A stretch of 64,000 bases of DNA from an uncultured Gemmatimonadaceae bacterium (GCA_963817955.1 CAWFQK010000002.1:320001-384000); one strand, 5' to 3'. Shown: positions 30,461 to 41,878, counted from the first letter of the stretch. The notes: generated by a model not told the origin, from the sequence alone. A program made the numbers and translations.

Positions 30461-31768
30461 TCAAGGGAAGAGCTTGGATAGCAAATATATCAGCGTGCCC
30501 GCCAATCCGCCGACAATCGTGCCGTTGATACGGATGAACTGCAAATCGCGGCCGATCGCCAGCTCGACGCGGCGCGAGGTGATATCCGGATCCCATGCGG
30601 CGACAGTCGATGCGATCAGCTCCGCGACCTCGTCCTGGTAACGCGCCACGAGGAAAGAAGCCACATCGACGACGAACTCGTCGAGCTTCGCCAACAAGGC
30701 AGGGTCGTCAACCGCCTTCTGCGCAAACGTCGTCACGGCGTTCTCGAACGCGCCGGGAGCTGCGGACTCCGGATTCGCTGCGTAGCGGCCCAACGCCGCC
30801 TTGCCGTCCTGCCAGAGCGATGCCGAAAAACGCCGCGCCGCTTCGTTCTCCAGGAAGTCCTCTTTCCATGCGTCCACCCGCGCCGCGAACTCCGGCGACG
30901 TATTCAACCGATCAATGAAGCCATGCAGTGACTCGTCAAACCGCTGACGCAACGCGTGATGCCGATCAGCGCTGAGCTCGGCAAGCAGCCGCTGAATGGA
31001 GTCGAGCACGCGCTGGAAGATCTTCTCGTCCACCGCCGACGGCACCCACCAGGGGGTTTCCTGCTCGATCCGCGCGCGAATCAGCTCGCTATTGTCGATC
31101 ACCGTACGCGACGCCAGGTGGATGACTTCGTCGAGTACTTCCTGGTGGCGATCGTCCTCCGTCATCACGCTGAGCACGCGGCCAAGAAGCGGAGCGAGAT
31201 GCATGGCGCGCACGCGTGCCGACAGGCTGCGATCGATCACCTCCTGCACGTCCTCATCCTTCAGCATTTGCGCTGCCGAGCTCATGGCCATCGCCGCGTT
31301 GTGCGCGATGCGGTGAGCGTTCTCAGGGTCGGCCAGCCACTCCGCGAGCCGCTTCCCCACCTCCACGGAACGCAGCCGATACTCGATGACCTCGCGCGTC
31401 AGAAAATTGCGCTGCACAAACGCGCCCAGTGTCCGGCCAACACGATCCTTCTTCGCCGGCACGATCGCAGTGTGCGGAATGGGAATTCCGAGCGGGTGAC
31501 GAAATAGCGCCGTCACGGCAAACCAATCCGCGAGACCGCCGACCATCGCGGCCTCCATGGTGGCGCGGATGATTCCGAGCCACCCGTAGCGAGCTTCGAG
31601 CGCCCGTGTGACGACGAACAACACCGTCGCGGCCACCAGCAGTAGCGTGGCTCGCCGTTTCATCGTATCGAGGGCCGCCTGCCTCGCCGCTTCGTCGTGC
31701 AGAACCTGCATGGCCCGCGGTCCCGTGACCGGCGGCAAGGGCGGGAGCCCGCCGGCGGCCATCGTCAC
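30461..31768 (-). CDS. DUF445-family membrane protein
   Basis: 'EAAMVGGLADWFAVTALFRHP', 'PHTAIVP', 'GRDLQFIRINGTIVGG'. Confidence 0.92.
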   Translation of the reverse strand: MTMAAGGLPPLPPVTGPRAMQVLHDEAARQAALDTMKRRATLLLVAATVLFVVTRALEARYGWLGIIRATMEAAMVGGLADWFAVTALFRHPLGIPIPHTAIVPAKKDRVGRTLGAFVQRNFLTREVIEYRLRSVEVGKRLAEWLADPENAHRIAHNAAMAMSSAAQMLKDEDVQEVIDRSLSARVRAMHLAPLLGRVLSVMTEDDRHQEVLDEVIHLASRTVIDNSELIRARIEQETPWWVPSAVDEKIFQRVLDSIQRLLAELSADRHHALRQRFDESLHGFIDRLNTSPEFAARVDAWKEDFLENEAARRFSASLWQDGKAALGRYAANPESAAPGAFENAVTTFAQKAVDDPALLAKLDEFVVDVASFLVARYQDEVAELIASTVAAWDPDITSRRVELAIGRDLQFIRINGTIVGGLAGTLIYLLSKLFP

Positions 31769-33009
31769 CGCGCGGTGACCCTCACCTTGGAGAAGTCCAC
31801 GAGTGCCGTACTCGCACCCGAGGGCACGTCGATATACAGCACCACAGGGCGGCCGTCGATCTCGCGAACGTCGATATCGATCGTTCGCGTCGCGGTTGCA
31901 TAGTGGCGTTTCTCACCCGCGACGGTCGGTTTTACGACGAAGCGCTTCGCGATCACCGCGTCCATCGCCGACATGAACTCGGCCGCGTCGCCCGGCGTGG
32001 CCCACACGGTGGCCCACACCAATGCGTTGCCCCGAGGCGTCTTCACGAGCAGGTATCGATCACCGGCCCATCCGGCCGCGGCGCGAATGGACTGATCCTG
32101 ATCGCCAGTGTGCCGATAGATGAACAACCGCGTGCCGAACTCGCCGAAGTCGTTCTGATCTAAGGTGCCCGGCACGCTCGGCAACTGCACGACGTCTGGT
32201 ACGACACGCTTCTTCCCGAAGAAGGCATCGTTGTGCATGACCTGCTCCGTCGAGACCGGCAAGTCGTAGAGCGGAAACTTCTTCGGTTCGCGCGCCTTGA
32301 AGCGCCGCACGAAGTCGGAGCCGTTGATGTATGGAAAGAGCAGTGTCTCCTGAATCACCATGGGCGCCGACGAAAAGACGGGCTGCGTCTGCTGCGCCTC
32401 GCGGATCGTCGACCGCATGTTCTCCCAGCCCCCAGGCATTTGCGCCGCCAGGTTGCCGGATCCGCCGGCCATGATGTAAGCCTGCTCGTACGTCGCTTGC
32501 CCTTCGATCACCGCCTGCACGGCAGCCGCACGGTCATCGTCGCCGGAGATGTGCTCCAGCGAATCGAGATTCACGTATTGGTCCTGCAACGCGTGCACCA
32601 GCTCGTGCATGATCGTGATCCCGACGTACTCCTCGGGCGCGCCGTTGACCACGTACAACACCTTTGTCTTCGGGTCGTAGTACCCAATGATCTGCTCCGT
32701 CAACACCTTCACGAAGAAATCGGCGAGATGCATGGTGTCCGGCAGCATGCCCAGGAGCTTGTACGTCGCCTCCTGATTGGCCATCTGCTTCTGAATTTCC
32801 GGCTCGCGCAACTTCTGCAGCAGGAATTCGCGGACTTGGTCGCGAGATCGCAGCTCGATCTTCGGCGGCGTCTTGTATTTCACCCCGAGGGCGTTCTCGA
32901 TCAGCGGAAGGTCAGCGGCGACTTTATCGGCGTAGGGGCCATCGCCGACGTTGGCGCGCGCGCGACACCCGATCACAGCAAGCGATAACAACAGGATCAA
33001 GCGTCTCAT
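31765..33009 (-). CDS. Putative zincin (HExxH) metallopeptidase lipoprotein
   Basis: Lipobox-like 'VIGC', 'GYYDP', 'HELVHALQDQ', downstream 'EGQA'. Confidence 0.75.
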   Translation of the reverse strand: MRRLILLLSLAVIGCRARANVGDGPYADKVAADLPLIENALGVKYKTPPKIELRSRDQVREFLLQKLREPEIQKQMANQEATYKLLGMLPDTMHLADFFVKVLTEQIIGYYDPKTKVLYVVNGAPEEYVGITIMHELVHALQDQYVNLDSLEHISGDDDRAAAVQAVIEGQATYEQAYIMAGGSGNLAAQMPGGWENMRSTIREAQQTQPVFSSAPMVIQETLLFPYINGSDFVRRFKAREPKKFPLYDLPVSTEQVMHNDAFFGKKRVVPDVVQLPSVPGTLDQNDFGEFGTRLFIYRHTGDQDQSIRAAAGWAGDRYLLVKTPRGNALVWATVWATPGDAAEFMSAMDAVIAKRFVVKPTVAGEKRHYATATRTIDIDVREIDGRPVVLYIDVPSGASTALVDFSKVRVTAR

Positions 33010-34169
33010 TGCGTAGCGTCTTCCTCCCAGGTGACCACGGTACCAGCCATCAAGCCCACAACGCGCGCCACGTCATGCCCACGCACCACGATGCCCTCCT
33101 CCATGAGCTGGCGGGTGAGCTCAGCCTCAACCGCTGCGAGCGTCACCGGAGCCGCCTCGAGCGGATCGACACTGGGCTCCGTTCGTTCTCCCCCCACTAC
33201 AGGTGCCGGCCCCGGGGCGGGCAAGCCGACGAACAGTGCTTCCAACTCGGCACCAAATCGCTCGAGGGCGTTCGGTCGTTCCGCCCGCGATACCTCGCGC
33301 TCCTGTCTTGCCTGGTCGCGCTCCACCCTGGCCTCTTGCCGGAGGGCCGCGAGCCGCTGACGGATCATGACTTCAGTACGCGGCGAATACTCCGTTCCCG
33401 CCTGCATATGCGCGCACGCTTCATCGAGCGCGTCGATAGCCTTGTCCGGACGCATGCGGTCGGTCACGTACTGGTCCGTGAGCTTGACTGACGCGCGGAG
33501 CGCCTCGTCAGAGATGAGCACGTTATGATGCCGCTCCAGGCGCTCCTTCCGGGCGTGTAGGATCTCCAGGGTCTCCAACTCGCCAAGCTCGCGCACAACG
33601 ACTTTCTGAAACCGGCGCTCGAGCGCCGGATCGCCTTCCACCCAACGTTCGTACTCGCCGCTGGTCGTGGCGCCGATCACGCGAAAGTCGCCGCGCACGA
33701 GCGCCGGTTTGAGCATGTTCGCAGCGTCCATGGCGGCGCCGATCGCGGTTCCCTGTCCGATCAGGTTGTGGAGCTCGTCGACGAACAGGATGACGTCGGG
33801 AGCAGCAGTGGTTTCGGCGACGAGCGTGCGGATGCGCTCTTCGTATTGGCCGCGATAGGTGGTGCCGGCGAGCAGCGACACATGGTCAAGCGACAGCAGC
33901 CGGACGTCGCGCAACGTCAATGGTACGGCCTGGCGCGCGATGCGCTGCGCCAGCCCCTCGGCAATCGCCGTCTTCCCCACACCGGCAGGTCCAACCAGCG
34001 TCGGGTTGTTCTTGCCATGGCGCAGCAGGATGTCGATGACGCGTGAGACTTCCTGATCGCGGCAGCGGACCGGTTCCAGTCGGCCGGCGCGGGCATCCGC
34101 GGTCAAGTCACGCGTGAAGCGAGCAAGCGCGCCGCCGGACCCTTCATTTCTCAGGTAATCACCAATCAC
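33006..34169 (-). CDS. ClpA/B/C-like AAA+ ATPase with only the first nucleotide-binding domain
   Basis: 'FTRDLT', 'KNNPTLVGPAGVGKTAIAEGLA', 'AGTTYRGQYEER', 'ILFVDE', 'LKPAL', 'DPALERRF', 'PDKAIDALDEA'; no N-domain, no NBD2. Confidence 0.85.
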   Translation of the reverse strand: MIGDYLRNEGSGGALARFTRDLTADARAGRLEPVRCRDQEVSRVIDILLRHGKNNPTLVGPAGVGKTAIAEGLAQRIARQAVPLTLRDVRLLSLDHVSLLAGTTYRGQYEERIRTLVAETTAAPDVILFVDELHNLIGQGTAIGAAMDAANMLKPALVRGDFRVIGATTSGEYERWVEGDPALERRFQKVVVRELGELETLEILHARKERLERHHNVLISDEALRASVKLTDQYVTDRMRPDKAIDALDEACAHMQAGTEYSPRTEVMIRQRLAALRQEARVERDQARQEREVSRAERPNALERFGAELEALFVGLPAPGPAPVVGGERTEPSVDPLEAAPVTLAAVEAELTRQLMEEGIVVRGHDVARVVGLMAGTVVTWEEDATQ

Positions 34170-34183
34170 GGGACACGGATCGC

Positions 34184-35038
34184 CTACGCCCGCGTCAGCC
34201 ACGCGAGCAGTGCATCTCCCCAAAACAATGTTAGCAGCGCAGCGGGCGCAAGGAATACGCCGAACGGCACGAGCGGTGTTTCGAACGGCGCGGAACCGAG
34301 CGCGAGCTCCGTCTGCTCGCGTGCCTGTCCACGACGAACGAGTGTCACGGGAATGACGACACCGGCAAACGCTACCGCACCGAGCGTCGCGCCCAGAAAA
34401 ACGGTGATCAGCGCACGAGTCGGTCCCAGTGCCGCGCCAATGAACGCCATCAGTGTGACGTCACCGAGCCCCATCGCTTCACGTTTCGTTACGACCTCGC
34501 CTAGCCAGCCGACAATCGCGATCATTCCCGCGCCGGCGCACGCCCCTACGAGGGCGTCGTACGGCGTGGCGAACAACAGAGTTTCGCCTCGAAAGAACGC
34601 GACCACGGATGTGACGAGCGCAAAGGACAGCCCGAACAACGTGAATCCGTCGGGGATGAGGTAGTGCCTGGCGTCGGTGATCGCGACTCCGAGCAGGATA
34701 GTGCCGAACACCGCCACCCGCAGTGCGGTGAGCGTGACGCCGAAGTGGCGCACTGCCAGGAGCCATCCGCACGCCACCACGAGTTCGACGATCGGGTACA
34801 TCGCCGAGATGGGTTCGTCGCAGCACCGGCAGCGCGCGCGCAGCACCATCCAACTCAGAATCGGTACGTTCTCGAACCAGGCGAGTTGGTTGCCACATTG
34901 CGGACAGCGTGACCGCGGGCGGAGAATCGACCGCTCGAGCGGCCAGCGCACGATGCAGACGTTGAGGAACGAGCCGAAGCACGCGCCGAGGATGAAGGCG
35001 TACACTTGGCCGAGCATGGGTGCGCTAGGACTGTTCAC
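34184..35038 (-). CDS. pilD: Prepilin peptidase (A24)
   Basis: 'GSFLNVCIVRWP', 'RSRCPQC', 'ENVPILSW', 'RCRCC', 'MGLGD', 'PFGVFL'. Confidence 0.93.
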   Translation of the reverse strand: MNSPSAPMLGQVYAFILGACFGSFLNVCIVRWPLERSILRPRSRCPQCGNQLAWFENVPILSWMVLRARCRCCDEPISAMYPIVELVVACGWLLAVRHFGVTLTALRVAVFGTILLGVAITDARHYLIPDGFTLFGLSFALVTSVVAFFRGETLLFATPYDALVGACAGAGMIAIVGWLGEVVTKREAMGLGDVTLMAFIGAALGPTRALITVFLGATLGAVAFAGVVIPVTLVRRGQAREQTELALGSAPFETPLVPFGVFLAPAALLTLFWGDALLAWLTRA

Positions 35039-35793
35039 CGACGAAGCTCATAGAGGAGAATTCCAGTCGCGACGGCCACATTGAGCGATTCCACCGTCGC
35101 GGCAATCGACAGCGCGACGAAACGTTCCGCGCGCGACCGAGAGGCCGACGAGAGTCCACTTCCTTCATTCCCTACGATCAGCGCGAGCCGAGCCGGCGGT
35201 TCGAGCTCATCAACGGCCTCACCAGTCGCGTCCGCGGCCCAAACGTGAACCGCCCGCTCGACACGGAACGCATCGAGCTCGTCCCAGGTACCAGTGATGC
35301 AGGGATGATGGAAGTGCGCCCCCATCCCGCTACGGACGACTTTGGCGTTCCATAGGTCAACGGTTCCCGGAAGGGAAAAAGTTGCCGTGGCCCCAAGGGC
35401 GGCTGCAGTACGGAGGATCGTCCCGACGTTGCCGGGATCCTGCACCGCATCGAGCACGAGCAAACGCATCGAATCGGCCGGCGGGGTGTCGGCGAGACCC
35501 CGACCAGGCACAACTCCAATGACCAGAACGCCTTGGGGTGATTCCGTTTCCGCGACTGCGTCGAATTCTTTCAGTCCGATCTCCTCGACCGGAAGGTCCC
35601 GCTGGCTGAGCTGTTGCATAAGGGCTCGGCCGCGGGGAGTACCTTGCAGTTGGGGGCTGATGAGCGCACCACGAACGGCGGTCGACGAGCGCAGGAGCTC
35701 CTCGGCGGTGCGGATACCTTCGGCGACGAATAGTCCCTCTCGCTCGCGCGCCTTCCGGCGCCGCAGATCGCGAGCCAAGGTGAGCAATTTCAT
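35035..35793 (-). CDS. TrmH/SpoU-family RNA methyltransferase
   Basis: 'VQDPGNVGTILRTA', 'GNEGSG', 'ESLNVAVATGI'. Confidence 0.93.
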   Translation of the reverse strand: MKLLTLARDLRRRKAREREGLFVAEGIRTAEELLRSSTAVRGALISPQLQGTPRGRALMQQLSQRDLPVEEIGLKEFDAVAETESPQGVLVIGVVPGRGLADTPPADSMRLLVLDAVQDPGNVGTILRTAAALGATATFSLPGTVDLWNAKVVRSGMGAHFHHPCITGTWDELDAFRVERAVHVWAADATGEAVDELEPPARLALIVGNEGSGLSSASRSRAERFVALSIAATVESLNVAVATGILLYELRR

Positions 35794-35885
35794 GTCGCGT
35801 AGGATTGAGGCGGCAAACGGATTGTAGGAGTCGGAAAGTGTCTTGCTTTTGTGCCGGCGAATTTCACGATCGAGGATTTCTAGCT

Positions 35886-36701
35886 ATGAGACGATTTGTT
35901 GCCTGCGCGGCAATGGCCGCGGTGGTGGGGGTGTCTGGCGCGTGCGGCATCTCGCAGCAGCAGGAAGTGCAAATCGGCGCCGACCAGGCGCAGCAGGTCA
36001 ATCGACAGTTGCCGATCATCCAGGATCCAGCAGTCAACCGGTATCTCAACGTGCTAGGAGACTCGCTGGCTCGCGTGACCTCACGTGCCGATCTCAATTG
36101 GCACTTCTACATGGTGAACACCAACGACTTCAACGCGTTCGCCCTGCCGGGCGGATACGTGTACGTGAATCGCGGGGTGGCTGAACGCTCCGATCGAATG
36201 GACCAGTTCGCGTCCGTGCTCGCGCACGAGATCGGCCACGTGGTGCTGCGCCACTCCGTGAAGCAGATGGAGCAGATGCAGGGCGCCAACCTCGGCGTGA
36301 CCGTCGCGTGCGTCCTGACCAGTATCTGCAACAGCGGTCTGGGCCAGGCAGGCATCAACGTGGCAGGACAGGCGGTCTTCGCCAAGTTCAGCCGCGACGA
36401 CGAAGCGCAAGCCGACGCGGCGGGAGTCCAGGAGCTCGTCCGCGCCGGCATCAACCCAAACGGTATGCCGGAGATGTTTCGAAAGTTGCTCGCCGAGCGG
36501 CAGTCTCGCCCGTCGGGACTCGAGACCTGGTTCACAGATCACCCTCTCGAGGAAGACCGGATCACGGCGGCAAAGAACGAGATCGCCGCGATCAACCCAT
36601 CGGTGATTCGCACGCTGACCTCCGACACGCGCCAGTTCCAGGATTTCAAGGCGCGAGTGCGGTCGCTACCGCCTCCACCGCGGACGGCTGCGGCCCGCTG
36701 A
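35886..36701 (+). CDS. M48-family metallopeptidase (lipoprotein)
   Basis: 'NAFALPGG', 'HEIGH', 'SRDDEAQAD', 'TDHP'; lipobox-like 'SGAC'. Confidence 0.92.
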   Translation: MRRFVACAAMAAVVGVSGACGISQQQEVQIGADQAQQVNRQLPIIQDPAVNRYLNVLGDSLARVTSRADLNWHFYMVNTNDFNAFALPGGYVYVNRGVAERSDRMDQFASVLAHEIGHVVLRHSVKQMEQMQGANLGVTVACVLTSICNSGLGQAGINVAGQAVFAKFSRDDEAQADAAGVQELVRAGINPNGMPEMFRKLLAERQSRPSGLETWFTDHPLEEDRITAAKNEIAAINPSVIRTLTSDTRQFQDFKARVRSLPPPPRTAAAR

Positions 36702-36726
36702 CCGGAGGCCGGCGCGAGCGCGCGCG

Positions 36727-37551
36727 TCAGAGGCCGGCCACCACGCCCGTGACGAGCGCCTTGAACTGCCTGGCAGCCTGAGCGGTGGTCTCCAGCACCT
36801 CGGCGTGCGTGATCGGAGTGTTGGATAATCCGCACGCCAGATTCGTGATGCAGCTGAATCCGGCTACTCGCATACCGATCGCCCGTGCGACGATGACTTC
36901 GGGAATCGTCGACATGCCGACGGCATCGGCGCCGAGCATCGTGAGCATGCGCACCTCCGCCTGTGTCTCGTAGGCGGGACCCAGCAGGCCGGCGTACACA
37001 CCCTCGCGGAGACCAATGCCCTGTTCGCGCGCCACGCGCCGCGCGAGATCGGCGAGACCGGCGTCGTATGGGCCGGACATATCGGGGAATCGAATGTCTC
37101 CCTGCTCCACGGGGCCGACGAGTGGATTGCGGAACATCATGTTGATGTGATCGCGGATCAGCATCAGATCACCTGGCTGCCACAACCGGTTCACGCCGCC
37201 AGCGGCATTCGATACGATGAACGTCCGCGCACCGAGCGCGTGCGCCACGCGAGCCGGGAAGGCCGCCAGACGCGCGTCGTGCCCCTCATACATATGAAAA
37301 CGCCCCGCCAGCGCGACCACGAACTTTCCCGCGAGCGTGCCGGCGATCAGCGCGCCGGCGTGCCCAGCCACGGTCGCCGTAGGAAAACCAGGAATCTCGC
37401 GGAATGGAATCGTCGCCACGGCGTCAATATCGGCAGCAAGTCCACCGAGGCCGGAGCCGAGCACGATCGCGGCGTCTGGCACGCAGCCACCAAGATGGGG
37501 ACGCACGGCATCGCCCGCGACACGCGCCTGTTCCATGCCGAATGGTGTCAT
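36727..37551 (-). CDS. Purine-nucleoside phosphorylase (trimeric type)
   Basis: 'VLGSGLG', 'GRFHMYEG', 'NAAGG', 'GPAYET', 'DAVGMST', 'ITN'. Confidence 0.95.
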   Translation of the reverse strand: MTPFGMEQARVAGDAVRPHLGGCVPDAAIVLGSGLGGLAADIDAVATIPFREIPGFPTATVAGHAGALIAGTLAGKFVVALAGRFHMYEGHDARLAAFPARVAHALGARTFIVSNAAGGVNRLWQPGDLMLIRDHINMMFRNPLVGPVEQGDIRFPDMSGPYDAGLADLARRVAREQGIGLREGVYAGLLGPAYETQAEVRMLTMLGADAVGMSTIPEVIVARAIGMRVAGFSCITNLACGLSNTPITHAEVLETTAQAARQFKALVTGVVAGL

Positions 37552-38594
37552 GCGGCTTCGCTCCCCCGCAGCTGCCCGATTTCGGAACGGGCCTGAGCGA
37601 TCAGGCGTTCGCGCGTTTCCCATGGCAGGAAGGCGCTCGCAAATCCATTGATGGCGATCTGCGACAGCTCATCGAACGTGAAGCCCAGCGCTCGCGCGGC
37701 ATGCAGATATTCATCGGTGAGCGTGGTACCGCTCATCAGGCGGTTGTCGGTGTTGAGCACGACATTCATGCCACGGTCGAAGTAGCTCCGCAGCGGATGA
37801 TTGTCGTACGACTCCACGGCGTGCGTTTGTACGTTGCTCGTCAGACAGATCTCGAGCGCGATGCGGCGGTCATTCACGTACTGCGACAGCGACTCGTCCT
37901 CGAACAGCCGCGTGGCGTGACCAATGCGGTTGACGCCGCACACGTGCACGGCTTCGCGCACGTAGGACGCGTCGGCCCCTTCGCCGGCGTGACAGGTACA
38001 CGCCAGGTCGTGTTCGCGGGCATAGGCAAACGCCGCCGCATGCGTCAATGCCGGGTTCCCGAGCTCGCCCCCAGCCAGATCGAACCCAACGACGCCGCGA
38101 TGCCGGTATCCCACGGCGAGGCGCGCCAGCTCCATGGAGATTTCCGGCGTCATGTGGCGCAGCCCGCAAATGATCACACGTGCCATCGTGCCGCCGGCCT
38201 GCTCGGCGCGCTCGAGCCCGCGCAAGGGCGCTTCGACCGCCTCGCCGAGAGACAGCCCGCGGTGCACATTGAGGATCGGTGCGTAGCGCACTTCGAGGTA
38301 CCGCACGCCGTCGCGCGCCGCGTCCAACGACAACTCGTACGCAATCCGCTCGAGCGCATCGGCGGTCTGCATCACGGACAAGGTGATGTCGAAGCGCGCG
38401 AGATAGTCATCGAGATTGCGCGCATCGTCCACCCGCATGAATTCGCGAAGGGCGTCCACATCCTCCCGCGGCATGCGCTGGTGGTATTCGCGCCCCAGCT
38501 CGATGAGCGTTTCCGGGCGCACGGAGCCATCGAGGTGACAGTGCAGCTCTGCTTTCGGCAACCGCCGGAGCAGCTCGGAGTGAATGATCGTCAT
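37548..38594 (-). CDS. add: Adenosine deaminase
   Basis: 'LPKAELHCHLDGS', 'GFDLAG', 'HAGE', 'RIGH', 'LNTDN'. Confidence 0.95.
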   Translation of the reverse strand: MTIIHSELLRRLPKAELHCHLDGSVRPETLIELGREYHQRMPREDVDALREFMRVDDARNLDDYLARFDITLSVMQTADALERIAYELSLDAARDGVRYLEVRYAPILNVHRGLSLGEAVEAPLRGLERAEQAGGTMARVIICGLRHMTPEISMELARLAVGYRHRGVVGFDLAGGELGNPALTHAAAFAYAREHDLACTCHAGEGADASYVREAVHVCGVNRIGHATRLFEDESLSQYVNDRRIALEICLTSNVQTHAVESYDNHPLRSYFDRGMNVVLNTDNRLMSGTTLTDEYLHAARALGFTFDELSQIAINGFASAFLPWETRERLIAQARSEIGQLRGSEAA

Positions 38595-38761
38595 TACGGA
38601 AGGGTAGGAAGGCGGCCGGCGGCCGCCGCGTGCATGTATCGCATGACGCAAAGCTAGCGGTATGTCACCTGCCGATACCAGATTGTGACAGTGTCATCGC
38701 TTCTATTCCCATCGCATCTCCGGCACCTTTCCCCGCAGCTGAGTCAACCATTGGTGATTCG

Positions 38762-39393
<632 letters not shown>

Positions 39394-39397
<4 letters not shown>

Positions 39398-40116
39398 GCG
39401 CACCGTCCGCGGTCACTGGCGAGCGCATCCTCGTCGTCGACGACGAAGCGGACATCGTTGCACTCGTTGCGTACCATCTCGTGAAAGCAGGGTATCGCGT
39501 CTCCACCGCGTCTACCGGGCCAGACGCGCTCGCCGCCGCACGACAGGAGCGTCCGGCGCTCATCGTCCTCGATCTCATGCTCCCCGGCGCGTCGGGATAC
39601 GAGGTGATCGAGCAGCTTCGCGCCGCACCAGCCACGCGCGACATCGCGGTCCTCATGCTCACGGCCCGCCGTGAAGAGCAGGACCGCATTCAGGGCCTGG
39701 CGCTCGGTGCCGACGACTACCTCACCAAGCCGTTCAGTCCGCAGGAGCTCGTCCTGCGCGTCGGCGCCATTCTGCGACGCGTCAGTGCCGGCGGCGGCGG
39801 TCCAAGCGGCGTCCTGACCATCGGTCCAATCACCATCGATCGTGCCGAGCATCAGGTGTTCGTCGACGGAGATCCGGTCGAGCTCACGCCAACCGAGTTC
39901 AAGCTACTGCTCACCCTCGCCGAACGCCGGGGACGTGTGCAAGGGCGCGCGCACCTCCTCGAAACCGTTTGGGAGGCGGCGCCAGATATTCAGACTCGGA
40001 CGGTCGACATGCACGTGCAGCGCCTGCGCACCAAACTCGGCGAGGCAGGCGACGTGATCGAAACGGTGCGCGGTTTCGGCTACCGAATCAAGAGCGGTCA
40101 CTCGCGCAGCGCGTGA
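39394..40116 (+). CDS. phoB: OmpR/PhoB-family response regulator (PhoB-like)
   Basis: REC domain 'VVDDE', 'LDLMLP', 'GADDYLTKPFSP'; wHTH 'RTVDMHVQRLRTKL', 'ETVRGFGY'; adjacent PhoR-like kinase. Confidence 0.8.
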
Positions 40117-41831
40117 CACTCGCCAAGCGGTTGCTCCTCGGCTCGCTCGTGTTGGTGCTGGCACTCGTGACGGGGGTCGTTCTCATCGCCGGCAGCAGGT
40201 TGCAGAACCGGTTGGCCGAGGAAACCCGACGCGAGCTCGAGCGCGAAGCGCGGCTCGTGGCGATCACGTGGCGTGCCCCCTTGAACGCGGACTCCCTGGC
40301 CGACGCCGCGGGCGCGGCGCTGGGCCGCCGCGTCACACTCATCGACACCACCGGCACCGTGGTGGGGGACTCGGAATTCGACGGGCAAGAACTGCACAAT
40401 CTGCAGAATCACTCGACGCGCCCGGAGGTAATGGCAGCGAAAGCCACTGGCGTGGGAACATCCACGCGTGCCAGTGCATCCGAGGGTGACGCTGAGATCT
40501 ACCTTGCGATCAAACATCCCCTTGGCGTCGTGCGCGTGTCGGTGCCGACAACCAAGTTCCGCGAAATAGTCAGCGGTGCCCAGCACGACGTGCTCGTGGC
40601 CGGGCTCATCGGGCTCGTGGGCGCCCTTGTGATCGGGTCGGCGGTCTCGCGCACTATCTCACGGCCGATTATCGAGCTTCGAGATGTGGCCCAGGCCATT
40701 GCGGCCGGCCGGCTCGATCGCCGGCCAACGTTGTCGGCGCCCGGCGAAGTCGGCGACCTTGCGGTGGCCCTGCACCGCATGACGGAGCAGCTGGCGGCAC
40801 GCCTGTCGGCTCTCGAATCGGAAGACGCGTTGCTCAATGCAGTGATCGAATCGCTCGATGAAGGAATCGTCGCGATCGGTCCGCGCGGCGAGGTGGTGCG
40901 TCTCAACCAGAGCGCGCGACGTTTACTCGCACTCGGCGGCGTCCCTCCATTCTCCGCGGACCTGCTCCCGCAAGAACGTGTCATTCGCGAGGCGGTTCGC
41001 CGCGCTATGAACGGCAACGCAACCGAACCCACCGAACTGCCCCTGGGCGAGCGCACGCTGCTGATCAGCGCGCGTGCACTGCCCGACGGTGGCGCGGTCC
41101 TCGCCGTGATGGACCTGACGACGCGGCGGCGCCTCGAGACGATTCGGCGAGATTTCGTGGCGAACGTCTCGCACGAACTGAAAACGCCGCTCACCGTGAT
41201 CAGCGGTTTCGCCGAGACACTGCGCGATCGCGACGTGCCGGACGAAGACCGCCAGCGCTTTCTGGCAACGATCGAAGCAAATACGCGGCGCATGCAGCGC
41301 ATCGTCGACGATTTGCTGGATCTTTCGCGCTACGAGTCCGGAGGTTGGCGGCCGCACGTCGTCTCGAACGACCTCGCGAGCATCGTCACAGACGTATTCA
41401 CCAGCGTGCGACGCGCCGCCGATGCAAAGGGACTCGTGCTCGTGTTCGACGCCCCCCCTGATGCACGCCGCGTCGACGCCGACCCAACGGCTCTACGCCA
41501 GGTCCTGGCCAATCTCGTCGAGAACGCGGTGCGTCACACGGTGCACGGCGGCGTCACCGTTCGCGCCGACGCTCCGTCGCAAGGCGGCACGACGATCCAG
41601 GTGGCCGACACCGGCCGTGGGATTCCCCTGGAGCACCTCGGCCGCATCTTCGAACGCTTCTACCGGGCGGACGCCGCGCGTTCGCGCGATGAAGGAGGCA
41701 CCGGGCTCGGTCTGTCGATCGTGCGGCATCTGGTGGATGCGCATGGCGGCTCGGTCCGTGCGGACAGCACCGTCGGCCACGGCACAACGATTACCGTCCA
41801 TTTCCCCGCACATTCCGTTACGTCGGCATGA
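40113..41831 (+). CDS. phoR: Sensor histidine kinase (PhoR-like: 2 TM, HAMP, PAS, HisKA, HATPase)
   Basis: 'NHSTRPEV', 'RRDFVANVSHELKTPLT', 'IFERFYR', 'GGTGLGLSIV'. Confidence 0.8.
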   Translation: MTLAKRLLLGSLVLVLALVTGVVLIAGSRLQNRLAEETRRELEREARLVAITWRAPLNADSLADAAGAALGRRVTLIDTTGTVVGDSEFDGQELHNLQNHSTRPEVMAAKATGVGTSTRASASEGDAEIYLAIKHPLGVVRVSVPTTKFREIVSGAQHDVLVAGLIGLVGALVIGSAVSRTISRPIIELRDVAQAIAAGRLDRRPTLSAPGEVGDLAVALHRMTEQLAARLSALESEDALLNAVIESLDEGIVAIGPRGEVVRLNQSARRLLALGGVPPFSADLLPQERVIREAVRRAMNGNATEPTELPLGERTLLISARALPDGGAVLAVMDLTTRRRLETIRRDFVANVSHELKTPLTVISGFAETLRDRDVPDEDRQRFLATIEANTRRMQRIVDDLLDLSRYESGGWRPHVVSNDLASIVTDVFTSVRRAADAKGLVLVFDAPPDARRVDADPTALRQVLANLVENAVRHTVHGGVTVRADAPSQGGTTIQVADTGRGIPLEHLGRIFERFYRADAARSRDEGGTGLGLSIVRHLVDAHGGSVRADSTVGHGTTITVHFPAHSVTSA

Positions 41832-41878
41832 CGCGCCTGCGGGAACCGAACCGGCCCGATCTGAGTCCGTCGGCTGGG

